63,511 bases of DNA from Solirubrobacterales bacterium (GCA_044446505.1 JBIOEY010000001.1:1-63511), one strand, 5' to 3'. Shown: positions 8,351-18,161, counted from the stretch's first letter. Program-made: numbers and translations. The notes: a model not told the origin generated them from the letters alone.

Positions 8351-9934
8351 TCAGGACGCGGCGACGGCGAGCGGCTCTGTGTCGTGCAGGAGTCCGTGCT
8401 GCATCGCGAACAGGCTCGCCGTCGCCCGGCTGGACGCGTCGATCTTCGCGTAGATGTGCTCGATGTGGTTGCCGGCGGTCTTCGGCGAGATCACAAGCCG
8501 CTCGGCGATCTCCCTGTTCGAAAGCCCCTGGGCGAGCAGCCTGAGCACCTCGACCTCCCGCGGCGTGAGCCCCGCGGGTCCTTCCCGGCGGCGCGGGACC
8601 CGGTGCCCCACGGCCACCAGCACCGCGTCGGCGGCCCCCGGGTCGATGCGACCGGCCCTGACCTCGGCGCGCAGCTCGGCGGCCGCCTCCTCCGCCGAGC
8701 ACTCCGGGCGATGGGGGCGCGCTTCGCGCATCGCCTGGTAGGCATCCGCGGCGCCCAACAGCCGCGCCGCACGGGAGATCGCATTGCCCACAAGCCCCCG
8801 CGGGTAGCCCGAGCCGTCCAGGCGCTCGCTGTGCTGTGCCGCGATCGCGCCCAGCCCCGCCAGCGTCTCTGAGGAGCGCAGCATGCGCTCGGTCAGGTAC
8901 GGGTGCATCCGCACGCGCTCCCACTCCCCGGCGCCAAGCGGCCCCCGCTTGTCCCAGATCGCGTTTGAGATCCCCAGCCGCCCGAGGTCGTGCACCAGCC
9001 CGGCGCGACCGAGCAGCCGCACGTCCGCCTCGGGGAGCCCCAGCTGCACCGCCGCCCCACGCACGAGATCGGCGACCGCCACCGAATGGCCGAGAAAGTA
9101 CGGCGACTTCAGGTTGGTGAAGTTCGCAACCGCCTCAAGTGCGGCGTCGAAGCGCTCCCCGGACAGCACCACCGCAAGCGCCGGCTCAGCGTCGATCACC
9201 GCATCCCAGGTGCCGATCGAATCAAGATCCGCAAGCAGGGTCTCCGCGTCCTCGCACAGCAACGAACAGAGCGCCGGGTCGAACTGCTTGCCGGCACGCT
9301 GCCGCGCGAGCGACCTGGCCGCCCCCGGCCCGCCGACGCGATGCGCGACCTCGACGAACTCCGCGAGCCCGACAACCCTCGAAGCCACCGGGATCTCCTC
9401 TCCCTCAAGCCCGCTCGGCCACCCGCGCCCATCCCAGTACTCATACGACGCGCCGATGCCGTCGAGCACCTCCCCGGACAGCCCCAGCTGCTCCGCGAAC
9501 GTCCGCGCGATCTCGGCGTGCTGGGAGATCATGTTCTCGACCTCGCGATGGCCGGAGACCGCGAAGGTGAGCCCGACCCGAAAACGATGCAGCGGTGGGT
9601 TGCCGGCGCCCAGCCGCCGCAGTCCGGACGCCGCGGCCCGCACGCTGCGCGGCGGATAGTCGTACTTGGTGGCCTTCAACGCAATGTCATCACCGAACCA
9701 CTTCGCCTGCTCGTGCGCGTCCGAGTGACAGCCGACGTTGACGAGCAGAGCGGTGTAATAGACCGCCGCCCGCGCCTGCTCGTCCAGTCCGAGCCGCTCC
9801 GCCAGTCGCAGGGCGATCAGACACTGGCGCAGGACATGCTCCATCGGCTGCCCAAAACCGAGGTCGATCCCGAGCGACAGCGCCGCCACAAGCTCCGCCA
9901 AGCGAACGCGCGTACCGTCCAGATCATCAACCAC
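8351..9934 (-). CDS. tandem HD-GYP domain protein with C-terminal LuxR HTH
   Basis: Degenerate first domain (EYWDGRGWP), second with VHDLG and HSERLDGSGYP; LTPREVEVL...SNREIAERL HTH. Confidence 0.9.
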   Translation of the reverse strand: MVDDLDGTRVRLAELVAALSLGIDLGFGQPMEHVLRQCLIALRLAERLGLDEQARAAVYYTALLVNVGCHSDAHEQAKWFGDDIALKATKYDYPPRSVRAAASGLRRLGAGNPPLHRFRVGLTFAVSGHREVENMISQHAEIARTFAEQLGLSGEVLDGIGASYEYWDGRGWPSGLEGEEIPVASRVVGLAEFVEVAHRVGGPGAARSLARQRAGKQFDPALCSLLCEDAETLLADLDSIGTWDAVIDAEPALAVVLSGERFDAALEAVANFTNLKSPYFLGHSVAVADLVRGAAVQLGLPEADVRLLGRAGLVHDLGRLGISNAIWDKRGPLGAGEWERVRMHPYLTERMLRSSETLAGLGAIAAQHSERLDGSGYPRGLVGNAISRAARLLGAADAYQAMREARPHRPECSAEEAAAELRAEVRAGRIDPGAADAVLVAVGHRVPRRREGPAGLTPREVEVLRLLAQGLSNREIAERLVISPKTAGNHIEHIYAKIDASSRATASLFAMQHGLLHDTEPLAVAAS

Positions 9935-10066
9935 AGACGGAGAGTAGCCGTCCGCGCGTGGCCCTTCATTCGGGCTCCTACCCGGGAGGACACCTGAGCC
10001 TGGGTACGCTCGGACGGCGTCCAGCAGCGTCTTGAGCCAGGTTCGCTCGAGTCCGCTCCGGTGGCT

Positions 10067-11649
10067 GGGAGTGTCGTAGGAACTGTGTAGGCGCGAGCGA
10101 AAGAGGTCGCTATGCCTACTACTACGCAGGACGACATGGAGTCGCAGGAGCTGGTGTTCCCCGCCGCCGGCGTGGAGCGGAGTGAGCCCGGAGGGCGAGC
10201 GCAGCGGAGCGCTGGCGGCGGCGCGCCCGCCGCGGGGCCCCCGGGCTGCGAGCTGGCTGCCGTGGGCGCTCGCCCCGGAGCTGGTCGATGAGGCCGTTGA
10301 CCGTGCCGGTGGCCGCCGCCGGGTGCGGCAAGCTGTGGCGATGCCGTTTGGAGCGGATCAGCGATGAGCTGATCCGCTGAGCTGCTCGCCGGCGCGAGTA
10401 CCGAGGAGGAGATCGGCGGGCCCGGCGGGCTGTTGGCGCAGCTGACGAAGCGGCTGGTGGAGCGGGCGATGGAGGTCGAGCTGGCCGACCATGTGGGCTA
10501 TGAGCCGCATTGCGAGCTGCCCGGCGGCGCGGAGAACCAGCGCAACGGGACTTCGCCGAAGACGTTGATCACCGAGCACGGGAAGGTCGAGATTGACGCT
10601 CCGCGTGACCGGGACGGCAGCTTTCAGCCGCAGATCGTCAAGAAGCGTCAGCGTCGGTTTGTGGGGTTCGACGAGAAGATCCTCGCGCTCTACAGCCGCG
10701 GGCTGTCGACCCGGGACATTGAGGCGCACCTGGCCGAGATCTACGGCGTGAAGGTCAGCCGTGACCTGGTCAGCCGCGTGACCGACGCGGTCATGGACGA
10801 TGTGCGCGAGTGGGCGAAGCGGCCGCTGGAGGACATCTACCCGATCGTGTTCCTGGACTGCATGGTCCTGAAGATCCGCGAGGGCGGTACGGTGCAGCGC
10901 CGCGCGCTCTACCTCGCCTTGGGCGTGACGCTCGATGGTGACCGCGACGTGCTCGGCATGTGGTTCCAGGAGACCGAGGGCGCGAAGTTCTGGATGCAGG
11001 TCCTCACCGACCTGCGCCAGCGCGGCGTGAAAGACATCCTGATCGTGTGCGTCGATGGCCTCACTGGGTTCCCCGAAGCGATCGAGGCGATCTTCCCGCA
11101 GACGACCGTCCAAACGTGCATTGTTCACCTCATCAGATCGAGTCTGAAGTACGTCCCCCGACGCGAGCGCGAGCAGGTCGCCCGCGACCTGAAGCCGATC
11201 TACACGGCCAAGGACGCCGACCAGGCGCACGCCGAGCTCGAGGCCTTCGACGAGAAGTGGGGGCAACGCTTCCCGGTCATCACCCAGGGGTGGCTGAACG
11301 CATGGGAGCACGTGATCCCGTTCCTCGCGTTCCCCGCCGAGGTCCGCCGCGTGATCTACACCACGAACGCGATCGAGGCGCTCAACCGCCAGCTGCGCAA
11401 GGCGATCAGGACGAAGGGCAGCTTCCCCAACGAGGACGCCGCCCGCAAGCTCGTCTACCTCGCGCTGCAGAACGCCGTCCCGCAATGGACGAAAATCCGC
11501 AACTGGACAGTCGCTCTGCTCGCGTTCAAGATCCACTTCGGCGATCGCGTCCCTGACACTGCAAACTGACCATCACTGGTTGACCACCCACGGAGTCACT
11601 GTTACACTTAAACCAAGAAACCAGCCTACACAGTTAATGTGACGCCCTC
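10067..11649 (+). mobile_element. IS256-family insertion sequence
   Basis: Imperfect 26-bp terminal IRs (GGGAGTGTCGTAGGAACTGTGTAGGC / GAGGGCGTCACATTAACTGTGTAGGC) flanked by an 8-bp direct repeat CGGTGGCT (10059-10066, 11650-11657). Confidence 0.92.
10433..11569 (+). CDS. IS256 (Mutator) DDE transposase; native N-terminus separated by a frameshift near 10375
   Basis: RNGTSPKTL, PRDRDGSF, YPIVFLD, VCVDGLTGF, QTCIVHLIR, YTTNAIEALN. Confidence 0.92.
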   Translation: MAQLTKRLVERAMEVELADHVGYEPHCELPGGAENQRNGTSPKTLITEHGKVEIDAPRDRDGSFQPQIVKKRQRRFVGFDEKILALYSRGLSTRDIEAHLAEIYGVKVSRDLVSRVTDAVMDDVREWAKRPLEDIYPIVFLDCMVLKIREGGTVQRRALYLALGVTLDGDRDVLGMWFQETEGAKFWMQVLTDLRQRGVKDILIVCVDGLTGFPEAIEAIFPQTTVQTCIVHLIRSSLKYVPRREREQVARDLKPIYTAKDADQAHAELEAFDEKWGQRFPVITQGWLNAWEHVIPFLAFPAEVRRVIYTTNAIEALNRQLRKAIRTKGSFPNEDAARKLVYLALQNAVPQWTKIRNWTVALLAFKIHFGDRVPDTAN

Positions 11650-11831
11650 CGGTGGCTCGCCGGCTACGCGGTTGCGAGGGTCGTGGAGAGGGCGGGGGTG
11701 GCGGCGAGGGTCTGGTATTATAGACCCCGGGCTCAACCGGCCTCTCCGGTGCGAATCGAGCGTTTGTTGCGCAGCTCAATCGTGATCTGCGAGGTCCTTT
11801 CACGCCAGCCGACGCTGCGGCGGCGACCGGT

Positions 11832-12527
11832 GTGGATCATGCGCGGGTAGTGCGGCTGCTGCGGCATCTCGCTGCGGAGGGTTGGGTCGCTCGGTTGCAG
11901 CGAGGCCTTTACACGACCGTACCGTTGGAAGCCGAGGATCCGGAGAGCTGGAGTGCGGACCCGTGGGCGGTGGCGATGGCTGCTCTCGCCCCAGGGTACG
12001 TGGGGGGCTGGACGGCGCTGCATCACTGGGATCTCACCGACCAGATCTTCTCAACGACGGTCTTCGTCACCACTCGGCCCGTTCCTCGCCGCCGGCGCAC
12101 GATCGGCGGTGCTCGCTTCGAGCTTCGCCATCGTTCCGAGTCGGCTCTGTTCGGCACGCGTCGAGTTTGGCGCGAGGGAATGCCGGTCGAGGTCTCTGAC
12201 CGAGAGCGAACTCTGGTGGATTGCCTTGACGATCCGTCGCTGGGCGGGGGCCTGCGCCATACGACCGAGGCGCTCGCGACCTATGCCGAGAGGCCAGATG
12301 TCTCATGGCGGCGGCTCGTCGGCTACGGTGATCGGCTCGGCAACCGGACTGTGTTCAAGCGCCTCGGGTACATCTCCGAGACGCTTGGGCTCGGAGACGA
12401 CGAGCTGATTGAGACGTGCCTGGGACGTGTGAGCGCTGGCATCGGCCGGCTTGACCCCGGGCGCCCGGATGAGGGTGCGATCACGACACGTTGGGGTCTG
12501 CGGATCAACACGAGGGTCGACGCGTGA
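11832..12527 (+). CDS. abiEi: type IV TA / abortive-infection antitoxin AbiEi
   Basis: wHTH end GWVARLQRGLY, YVGGWTALHHWDLTDQ, VSDRERTLVDCL, FKRLGY; frame stays open back to 11724 but has no earlier start codon. Confidence 0.8.
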   Translation: MDHARVVRLLRHLAAEGWVARLQRGLYTTVPLEAEDPESWSADPWAVAMAALAPGYVGGWTALHHWDLTDQIFSTTVFVTTRPVPRRRRTIGGARFELRHRSESALFGTRRVWREGMPVEVSDRERTLVDCLDDPSLGGGLRHTTEALATYAERPDVSWRRLVGYGDRLGNRTVFKRLGYISETLGLGDDELIETCLGRVSAGIGRLDPGRPDEGAITTRWGLRINTRVDA

Positions 12528-13560
12528 TTCCCCGCGCGGCGCTGCAGGTTCGGGCACGGGAGTGGGGTCTGACCGAGGAGGTCGTCGAGAAGGACTACGT
12601 GCTCGGCTGGCTTTTGTGGGGAGTCGGCTCCCGGCCTGCTCTGCGCGATCATTGGGTATTCAAGGGCGGGACCTGCCTAAAGAAGTGCTTCGTGGAGACC
12701 TACAGGTTCTCCGAGGATCTCGACTTCACCGTGCTCGATGACGGTCCGCTCGAGCCCGACGATCTGCTGCCGGTTCTCACGGAGATGCTCGACCTCGTGG
12801 AGCAGGAGACCGGCATCACGCTATCCAGCCGCCCTCCGGCCATCAGACTGCGACCCGACGGCCGCTCGGCAGAGGGCCGCATCTACTACCGCGGACCCCG
12901 CGACGCGCCCGGCGAGGCACGGGTAAAACTCGATCTCACCTACGACGAGACGGTCGTCGAGACCCCGGTCCTCGAGCGCAAGTGCGGCCACAAGAACGTG
13001 CCCGTCCCGACGCTCGCGGCGGTCACCGCAACCGAAAAGGCAGCCGATCTACGGGCAGACAGGGGCGCGATGCTCGCCCACCAGCTACCCGTGCTCCCGC
13101 CGGTGGACGAGTTCATCGACGCTCTTGAAGATGTGTTTGCGTGGCTCGGCGGCGAGGAGCCCGTGCAGCCGGGGCCGACGCCGGCTGCCGGTGAGGAGAT
13201 CGACGCGTCGTGGGTTGTTCCGTCCACGCTGACCAGATGGCCCGGCGGCGCTCCCCTCGGGCAGATCCGCTTCGCCGGTGCCAACCACCTTCTCGTCGAG
13301 CTCGACTATCAGGCGTCCACGCGCCTGATCGACCATACGCCCTGCGCCGCTCCAAGGCTGGAGACCTCCTCGTCTACGCAATCAAGGCTCAGACAGGAGA
13401 AGTCAGGGCCTACCGAGTCGACCGCATCGAAGGCGTTCACATCACCAACACCGCCTTCACGCCCCGCTACGCCATCGAACTGTCGGTAGCGCTTCCCGTC
13501 AGCACCGGCCGGCGTAGCCCTCGGTCGGCGGCTCGGCGCCCCGCACGGCGCCGTCTATAG
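12524..13560 (+). pseudogene. abiEii: AbiEii nucleotidyltransferase toxin with WYL-like C-terminus; internal deletion and frameshift
   Basis: VEKDYVLGW, FKGGTCLKK, RFSEDLDF present; the conserved EKxxAL...RDLYD segment is missing at ~12970; frameshift ~13333 into PYALRRSKAGDLLVYA...RAYRVDRI. Confidence 0.8.
12755..12811 (+). repeat. 57-bp segment duplicated at 22061-22117
   Basis: 55/57 identity, direct orientation. Confidence 0.95.
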
Positions 13561-13663
13561 CTCTCCCAACGTGCCCTGCTCGGCACAGCTCACGGCCCTG
13601 GCCAGCCCAAACACGATTGTCACTTACCGCGGGTCGAGCGGCGGTTACGCCGACGGGCCTGCT
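13548..13663 (+). repeat. ~116-bp segment homologous to 30538-30656
   Basis: Shared blocks GCGCCGTCTATAGC, GCTCACGGCCCTGG, CCAGCCCAAA, TCGAGCGG, CGACGGGCCTGCT in the same order and similar spacing. Confidence 0.9.
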
Positions 13664-13961
13664 CAGGCGGCCCTCTTCAAGTTGTGCGACATCAAAGTTG
13701 GTACAGAGCCAAGCGTGTGCTCGATAAAGCCAAGGATCTTCACGACTTCGTCGCAGCTTTCGCAAACCAGCTTGGCCACCAGCCGGTTGGGCTGCGTCTT
13801 GCTGCGTGAAAGAACCGCCGTGCAGGTGCCATCGTGGTCGTTTGCGCACACCGCAAGAGCCTCCGTCGGGCTGTGGTGTCAAGTCGCCTTGAGTACAGGT
13901 CCCGAATATAGGATCTGGACGGTTCTGTATCGGCCGCCCGGACTCGCTCCTGAAGAGCCAC
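13663..13961 (-). CDS. small Cys/His-containing hypothetical protein, possibly frameshifted
   Basis: GGAG + GTG at 13961; ORF 13851-13663 has CxxxHxxxC and CxxC; joining needs one indel near 13865. Confidence 0.35.
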
Positions 13962-14045
13962 CGACCTAACTCCACCGTTCCTCGATGAGCGGCTTCCACA
14001 CCGCGAGCAAATCGCCGATCGAGAGGCGCGTCCGGCACAGCCGGC

Positions 14046-14570
14046 TCAGCCGGCGCGTGGCGAGAACCGGAACGTGCGTGCCGCGATGAGCAGGGCGGCG
14101 GCGCCCCACGCGGCGACGATCAGCAGGTCGGTGGTCGAGATGCCCGCGCCGTGGGTGTGGGCGAACGGCTCCAGCAGGGCCTGGGAGAGGTGCTGGATGG
14201 GGAAGACGCTCGCGATGTCACGCAGGAACTTGGGAATCTGGCTTTCGGGGATGAACACGCCGGAGATGAAGTACAGCGGCAGTACGCTGAGGTTGGTGGC
14301 GGGCATCGTGCAGGACTGCAGCACCAGGCCGACCCGCGTGCGCCAGCGGCGATCGGCGGTGGCCGGGTCCTCGCCCAGCACGCTCACCTCACCGGCGTCG
14401 CGCGAGCGGTACCCCTCCATAATCTCGACCGTCGTGGTCTTCCCCGCCCCGTTGGGCCCGAGAAACGCGAACACCTCCCCCCGGGCGACCTCGAGGTCGA
14501 TCCCGCGAACCACCTCATCCTCGCCATAGGACTTGCGCAGCCCGTGGACGTCGATGGCCAGCTCGCTCAC
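14046..14570 (-). pseudogene. deletion chimera: N-half of an ABC ATPase fused in frame to the C-end of an ABC-2 permease
   Basis: GPNGAGKTT Walker A and GLVLQ Q-loop run directly into LPLYFISGVFIP...PIQHL...LLIVAAW; no LSGGQ or Walker B. Confidence 0.85.
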
Positions 14571-14630
14571 ATCGGTCTCTCGATCGGCGCTGGAAGTACG
14601 GCCCTTGGGCTCGATTGCCGTGATCAATCC

Positions 14631-14664
14631 GTGTTAGGCTTCCCTAATTAGGGCACCCTAACAC
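14631..14664. promoter_or_regulatory. 34-bp double palindrome (two TTAGG-N4-CCTAA units), probable repressor operator
   Basis: GTGTTAGGCTTCCCTAATTAGGGCACCCTAACAC directly before the AAGGAGG RBS of 14677. Confidence 0.75.
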
Positions 14665-14676
14665 GAAGGAGGCAGC

Positions 14677-15507
14677 ATGAGGGGCTCACCGTTCTTCGAC
14701 GGGGTCACCCAGTCCGAGGTGACGATCGCGGGCCAGCCGGCGAAGGTGCCGATCTTCTACTACGACGGCACTGCCACGCAGGCCGTGTTCGCGGCTCGCC
14801 TGGGTGCGCTGCGCCGGCTGATGCCCGACCCGCGCTTCTGCCCCGCCCGGCTGGCACCGGGACTCGGCGCGATCGCGATCACCTGCTTCGAGTACCGCGA
14901 CACCGACATCGGGCCCTACAACGAGCTTGCGATCTCGGTGCTCCTGAACGAGCCGTGGTTCCGGCCCAACCTGCCCGGTGTGGCTCTGAGCTCGGGTCTG
15001 CGCAGGCGTCAGCTGCACGCCTGGGTGCACCACCTGCCGGTCACGACCGAGATCGCGCGGGCGGGCGGCGTGGACTTCTACAACTACCCCAAGTTCATCG
15101 CCGGAATCGACTTCCAGGAGAGCGGGGGGCGCCGTGTCTGCCGCCTGAGCGAGGGCGCCGAGCACATCCTCACGCTCTCCGGCGAGCGGATCGCCGCGCC
15201 GCGCTCGCAGGAGCTGCAGCTGTTCAGCCACCTCTGGATGGACCGCCAGCCGCAGGGCTCCGAGTTCAAGATCAACGCGATCGAGATGGGCGTCAGCCTG
15301 AGCCCCGCAGCCGCGACGCTTGAGTTGGGTGAGCGTCACCCGATCGCGCGCGAGCTGGCGGGCCTGATCGCCTGGAGCCGTCCAATCCATTACCAGTACA
15401 TGACCCGCTTCGAGGGGATTCTCTATGGACCCGAGCACCTCTCGCCGGCGCTGCTCGCCCGGGTAACCGCCGACGCCACCGCCGACGCTCCGGCGCAGCC
15501 GGCATAG
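14677..15507 (+). CDS. acetoacetate decarboxylase-like family protein
   Basis: CFEYRDTDIGPYNELAISV, HLPVTTEIARAGGVDFYNYPKF; strong RBS. Confidence 0.85.
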   Translation: MRGSPFFDGVTQSEVTIAGQPAKVPIFYYDGTATQAVFAARLGALRRLMPDPRFCPARLAPGLGAIAITCFEYRDTDIGPYNELAISVLLNEPWFRPNLPGVALSSGLRRRQLHAWVHHLPVTTEIARAGGVDFYNYPKFIAGIDFQESGGRRVCRLSEGAEHILTLSGERIAAPRSQELQLFSHLWMDRQPQGSEFKINAIEMGVSLSPAAATLELGERHPIARELAGLIAWSRPIHYQYMTRFEGILYGPEHLSPALLARVTADATADAPAQPA

Positions 15508-15519
15508 GCGGGCCGGACG

Positions 15520-17064
15520 ATGCCATCGATCGCACCGGAGCGCTCCCTGAGCGAGCAGTTCCCCCGCCTCGCGCCGAGCAGCAGCGTGGACGTGCGCGAG
15601 CTCGAGCGGCTGCGCGCCCGCGCCCGCCACTTCGCCGAGGAGCATGTGCGCCCGCGGGCGCTGGAGATCGACCGGCGCACCGGCGAGGACCCGGGCTGGT
15701 TCGACTGGGATCTGGTGCGCGCGGGCGGCGAGCAGGGGATGCTGAGCTTCCTGATCCCCAAGCCGGCCGGCGGCCATGGCGGCCTGGCGACGCAGGCCGC
15801 GGTCGTGATGGAGGAGCTGTGCGCCGCCTGTCCCGGAATCGCGCTGATCTTCGGCGCGCACGCGCTCGGGATCTCCCCGCTGCTGCTGGGCGGCCCCTCG
15901 CAGTGGGATGGCGTGCTGGCGGAGCTGGTCGCGTCCGAACGCACCTGCGAGCCGCTGTTGATGGCGTGCGCGATCACCGAGCCCGAAGCCGGAACAGACG
16001 TGGAGGATCCGGACCTCCTGCGCCGCGCGCGCATCACAAGCCACGCCCGCCGTGTGCCGGGCGGCTTTCGCCTGAGCGCCACCAAGCGCTTCATCTCCAA
16101 CGGCAGCGTCGCGCGCTGGATCACGATCCTGATGGCGACCGACCCCCGACGTGCGGCGGAGACCTGGACCTGCTTCCTGGTGGACACCCGCAGCGAGGGG
16201 TTCGCGGTGGCGCGCGTGGAGCACAAGATGGGCCAGCGCGCCTGCCCGGCTGCGGAACTGACGCTTGACGAGGTGTTCGTGCCCGACGAGCGGGTGGTGG
16301 GCAGGGAGGGTGACGGGGCTGCCGCCACGATGATCGTGCTCGCCTGCTCGCGTCCGCCGGTCGGAGCGATCGCGACCGGGATCGCACGGGGAGCCTACGA
16401 GCGTGTGCTCGGCTGGCTGGAGGAGGACAGCGCCGCCAGGGGTCTGCTCGAGCGCCAGCATGTGCAGCTCGCGCTGGCTGGCATGGAGGAGGAGATCCAC
16501 CTCGCGCGCCAGCTCTACATGGACGCCGCCACCGAGCTCGACCACAGGGCGCTCGGACCAGTCATGTCGCATCGTGGCGGACGCGCCCCCGCACAGGTGC
16601 CGGCGCGCGTCCGCGGACGGGCGCCCGTCCGCGGTTGGCTGTCCTGCGACCGCGCTCGCGACGCGACCGTCGCGCTCCTTCACCGCACCACGAGCGAGCG
16701 TGCCGTGACGCGCTCGCTCGCGCTCTCCTCGATGGCGAAGGCGCGCGGCGGCGACGTCGCGATGCGCGTCACGGGAGCGGCGCTCGAGCTCGTCGGCTTG
16801 CGTTCCGGTCCGGTGAGGGCGGAGCTCGAGAAGCTGTGGCGCGACGCCAAGCTGTGCCAGATCTACGAGGGCACCAACCAGCTCAACCGGCTCGAGGTCT
16901 ACCGCGGGCTGTGCCGCTCGGAGACGATCGGCTGCCTGCCGCCGCTGCGCCCCATCCACCTCGACGCAGACGGGAGGGCTCACACAAACGGAGATGTGCG
17001 CGCTCATCTCGATGCAGACGCGCTCAGGCACGCGAGCGTCGAGGGAGATGGAGGTCGATCATGA
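15520..17064 (+). CDS. acyl-CoA dehydrogenase family protein
   Basis: CAITEPEAGTD, TKRFISNG, EHKMGQRA, EKLWRDAKLCQIYEGTNQ. Confidence 0.9.
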   Translation: MPSIAPERSLSEQFPRLAPSSSVDVRELERLRARARHFAEEHVRPRALEIDRRTGEDPGWFDWDLVRAGGEQGMLSFLIPKPAGGHGGLATQAAVVMEELCAACPGIALIFGAHALGISPLLLGGPSQWDGVLAELVASERTCEPLLMACAITEPEAGTDVEDPDLLRRARITSHARRVPGGFRLSATKRFISNGSVARWITILMATDPRRAAETWTCFLVDTRSEGFAVARVEHKMGQRACPAAELTLDEVFVPDERVVGREGDGAAATMIVLACSRPPVGAIATGIARGAYERVLGWLEEDSAARGLLERQHVQLALAGMEEEIHLARQLYMDAATELDHRALGPVMSHRGGRAPAQVPARVRGRAPVRGWLSCDRARDATVALLHRTTSERAVTRSLALSSMAKARGGDVAMRVTGAALELVGLRSGPVRAELEKLWRDAKLCQIYEGTNQLNRLEVYRGLCRSETIGCLPPLRPIHLDADGRAHTNGDVRAHLDADALRHASVEGDGGRS

Positions 17065-18161
17065 GCGCGACCACCGCCGCCGAGCGCGCCGAGATCCGGG
17101 CGATGGCGCGCGAGCTGGCGCATCGCGAGCTCACGCCGCGGGCCGCGGCGCTCGACGCCGGCGACCAGGACGCCCTTCACGAGTGCTGGCGCCTGCTCGT
17201 CGAGCTCGGACTCGATCGCGTGCTGCTCGACGAGCAGCACGGCGGCGCCGGGTTGGGCGTTCCCGACCTGCTGGCCACGATCGAGGAGCTGGCTGTCGGC
17301 GACGGCGGGATCGCGATGTGCGTGCTGCTCTGCAACGCCGCTCTGGCGACGCTCCCCGATGAGCAACTCGCAGCCGTCCCCGCGGGGGCGCGCTGGGCGC
17401 TCGTGCCGGCCGCGCCCGGCACAGAGGTGACGATCTCAGACGGGCAGCTCGACGGCGGGGTCGCCTGTGCGCTGGGCGCGCACGGCGCCGACGGGCTCGT
17501 GTTCCTCCTCGACGTACCTGCACCCGTGGCGTGGGTTCTCGACGCCGGCACAGCCGGCTTGAGGCTCGAGCGCGATCTCGCGCAGCTGGGCCTGCGCGCG
17601 GCTCCCGCGGCATCGGTAGAGCTGGCGGGCGCCGGCTGCGCGCCTGCCCGGGATGGGTCGGGCGGCCGGAGCGCGGCGGTGAGCGTCGCGAGCGCGCCGG
17701 CGCTGCTGCGAGCCGGCACGGCGGCGATCGCACATGGGATCGCCCGGCGCGCCCACGAGATGGCGCTCGAGTACGCCCACGCCCGCCGGCAGGGAGGGGT
17801 GGCGATCATCGAGCACGACGCCGTCAGCGACATGCTGTCCGCGATGGCGGTGAGACTGGCATGCTGGCCCCTCCTCGCCGTCGATCCGGCCGGGCTCGCC
17901 CTCGACGGGGTGCAGGCGCTCGCGGTAAAGATCGCCGCCACCGACGCTGCCGTGGCGAGCACCACCGACGCCGTGCAGGTGTTCGGCGGCACCGGCTACA
18001 TGGTCGAGACCGGGATCGAGAAGCTGATGCGCGACGCCAAGTACTGCCAGCTGTTCCCCGAGCCCAACTGGGTCGCGCACGGCGAGATGATGCGCTCAGA
18101 GCGCGCCGGCCGCGCGGCGCTACGTGCCCGACGTCCTCGAGTGGGCGCAGCGCAACATTGA
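17061..18161 (+). CDS. acyl-CoA dehydrogenase family protein (short, divergent)
   Basis: EQHGGAG, QLGLRAAP, YAHARRQGG, AVQVFGGTGYM, EKLMRDAK; ATGA-coupled to the previous gene. Confidence 0.85.
   Translation: MSATTAAERAEIRAMARELAHRELTPRAAALDAGDQDALHECWRLLVELGLDRVLLDEQHGGAGLGVPDLLATIEELAVGDGGIAMCVLLCNAALATLPDEQLAAVPAGARWALVPAAPGTEVTISDGQLDGGVACALGAHGADGLVFLLDVPAPVAWVLDAGTAGLRLERDLAQLGLRAAPAASVELAGAGCAPARDGSGGRSAAVSVASAPALLRAGTAAIAHGIARRAHEMALEYAHARRQGGVAIIEHDAVSDMLSAMAVRLACWPLLAVDPAGLALDGVQALAVKIAATDAAVASTTDAVQVFGGTGYMVETGIEKLMRDAKYCQLFPEPNWVAHGEMMRSERAGRAALRARRPRVGAAQH

Noticed and set aside
10360-10400. Programmed frameshift or TGA read-through in the IS256 transposase
   Set aside because: One extra base explains it, no slippery sequence is visible, and IS256 elements are not known to use programmed frameshifting
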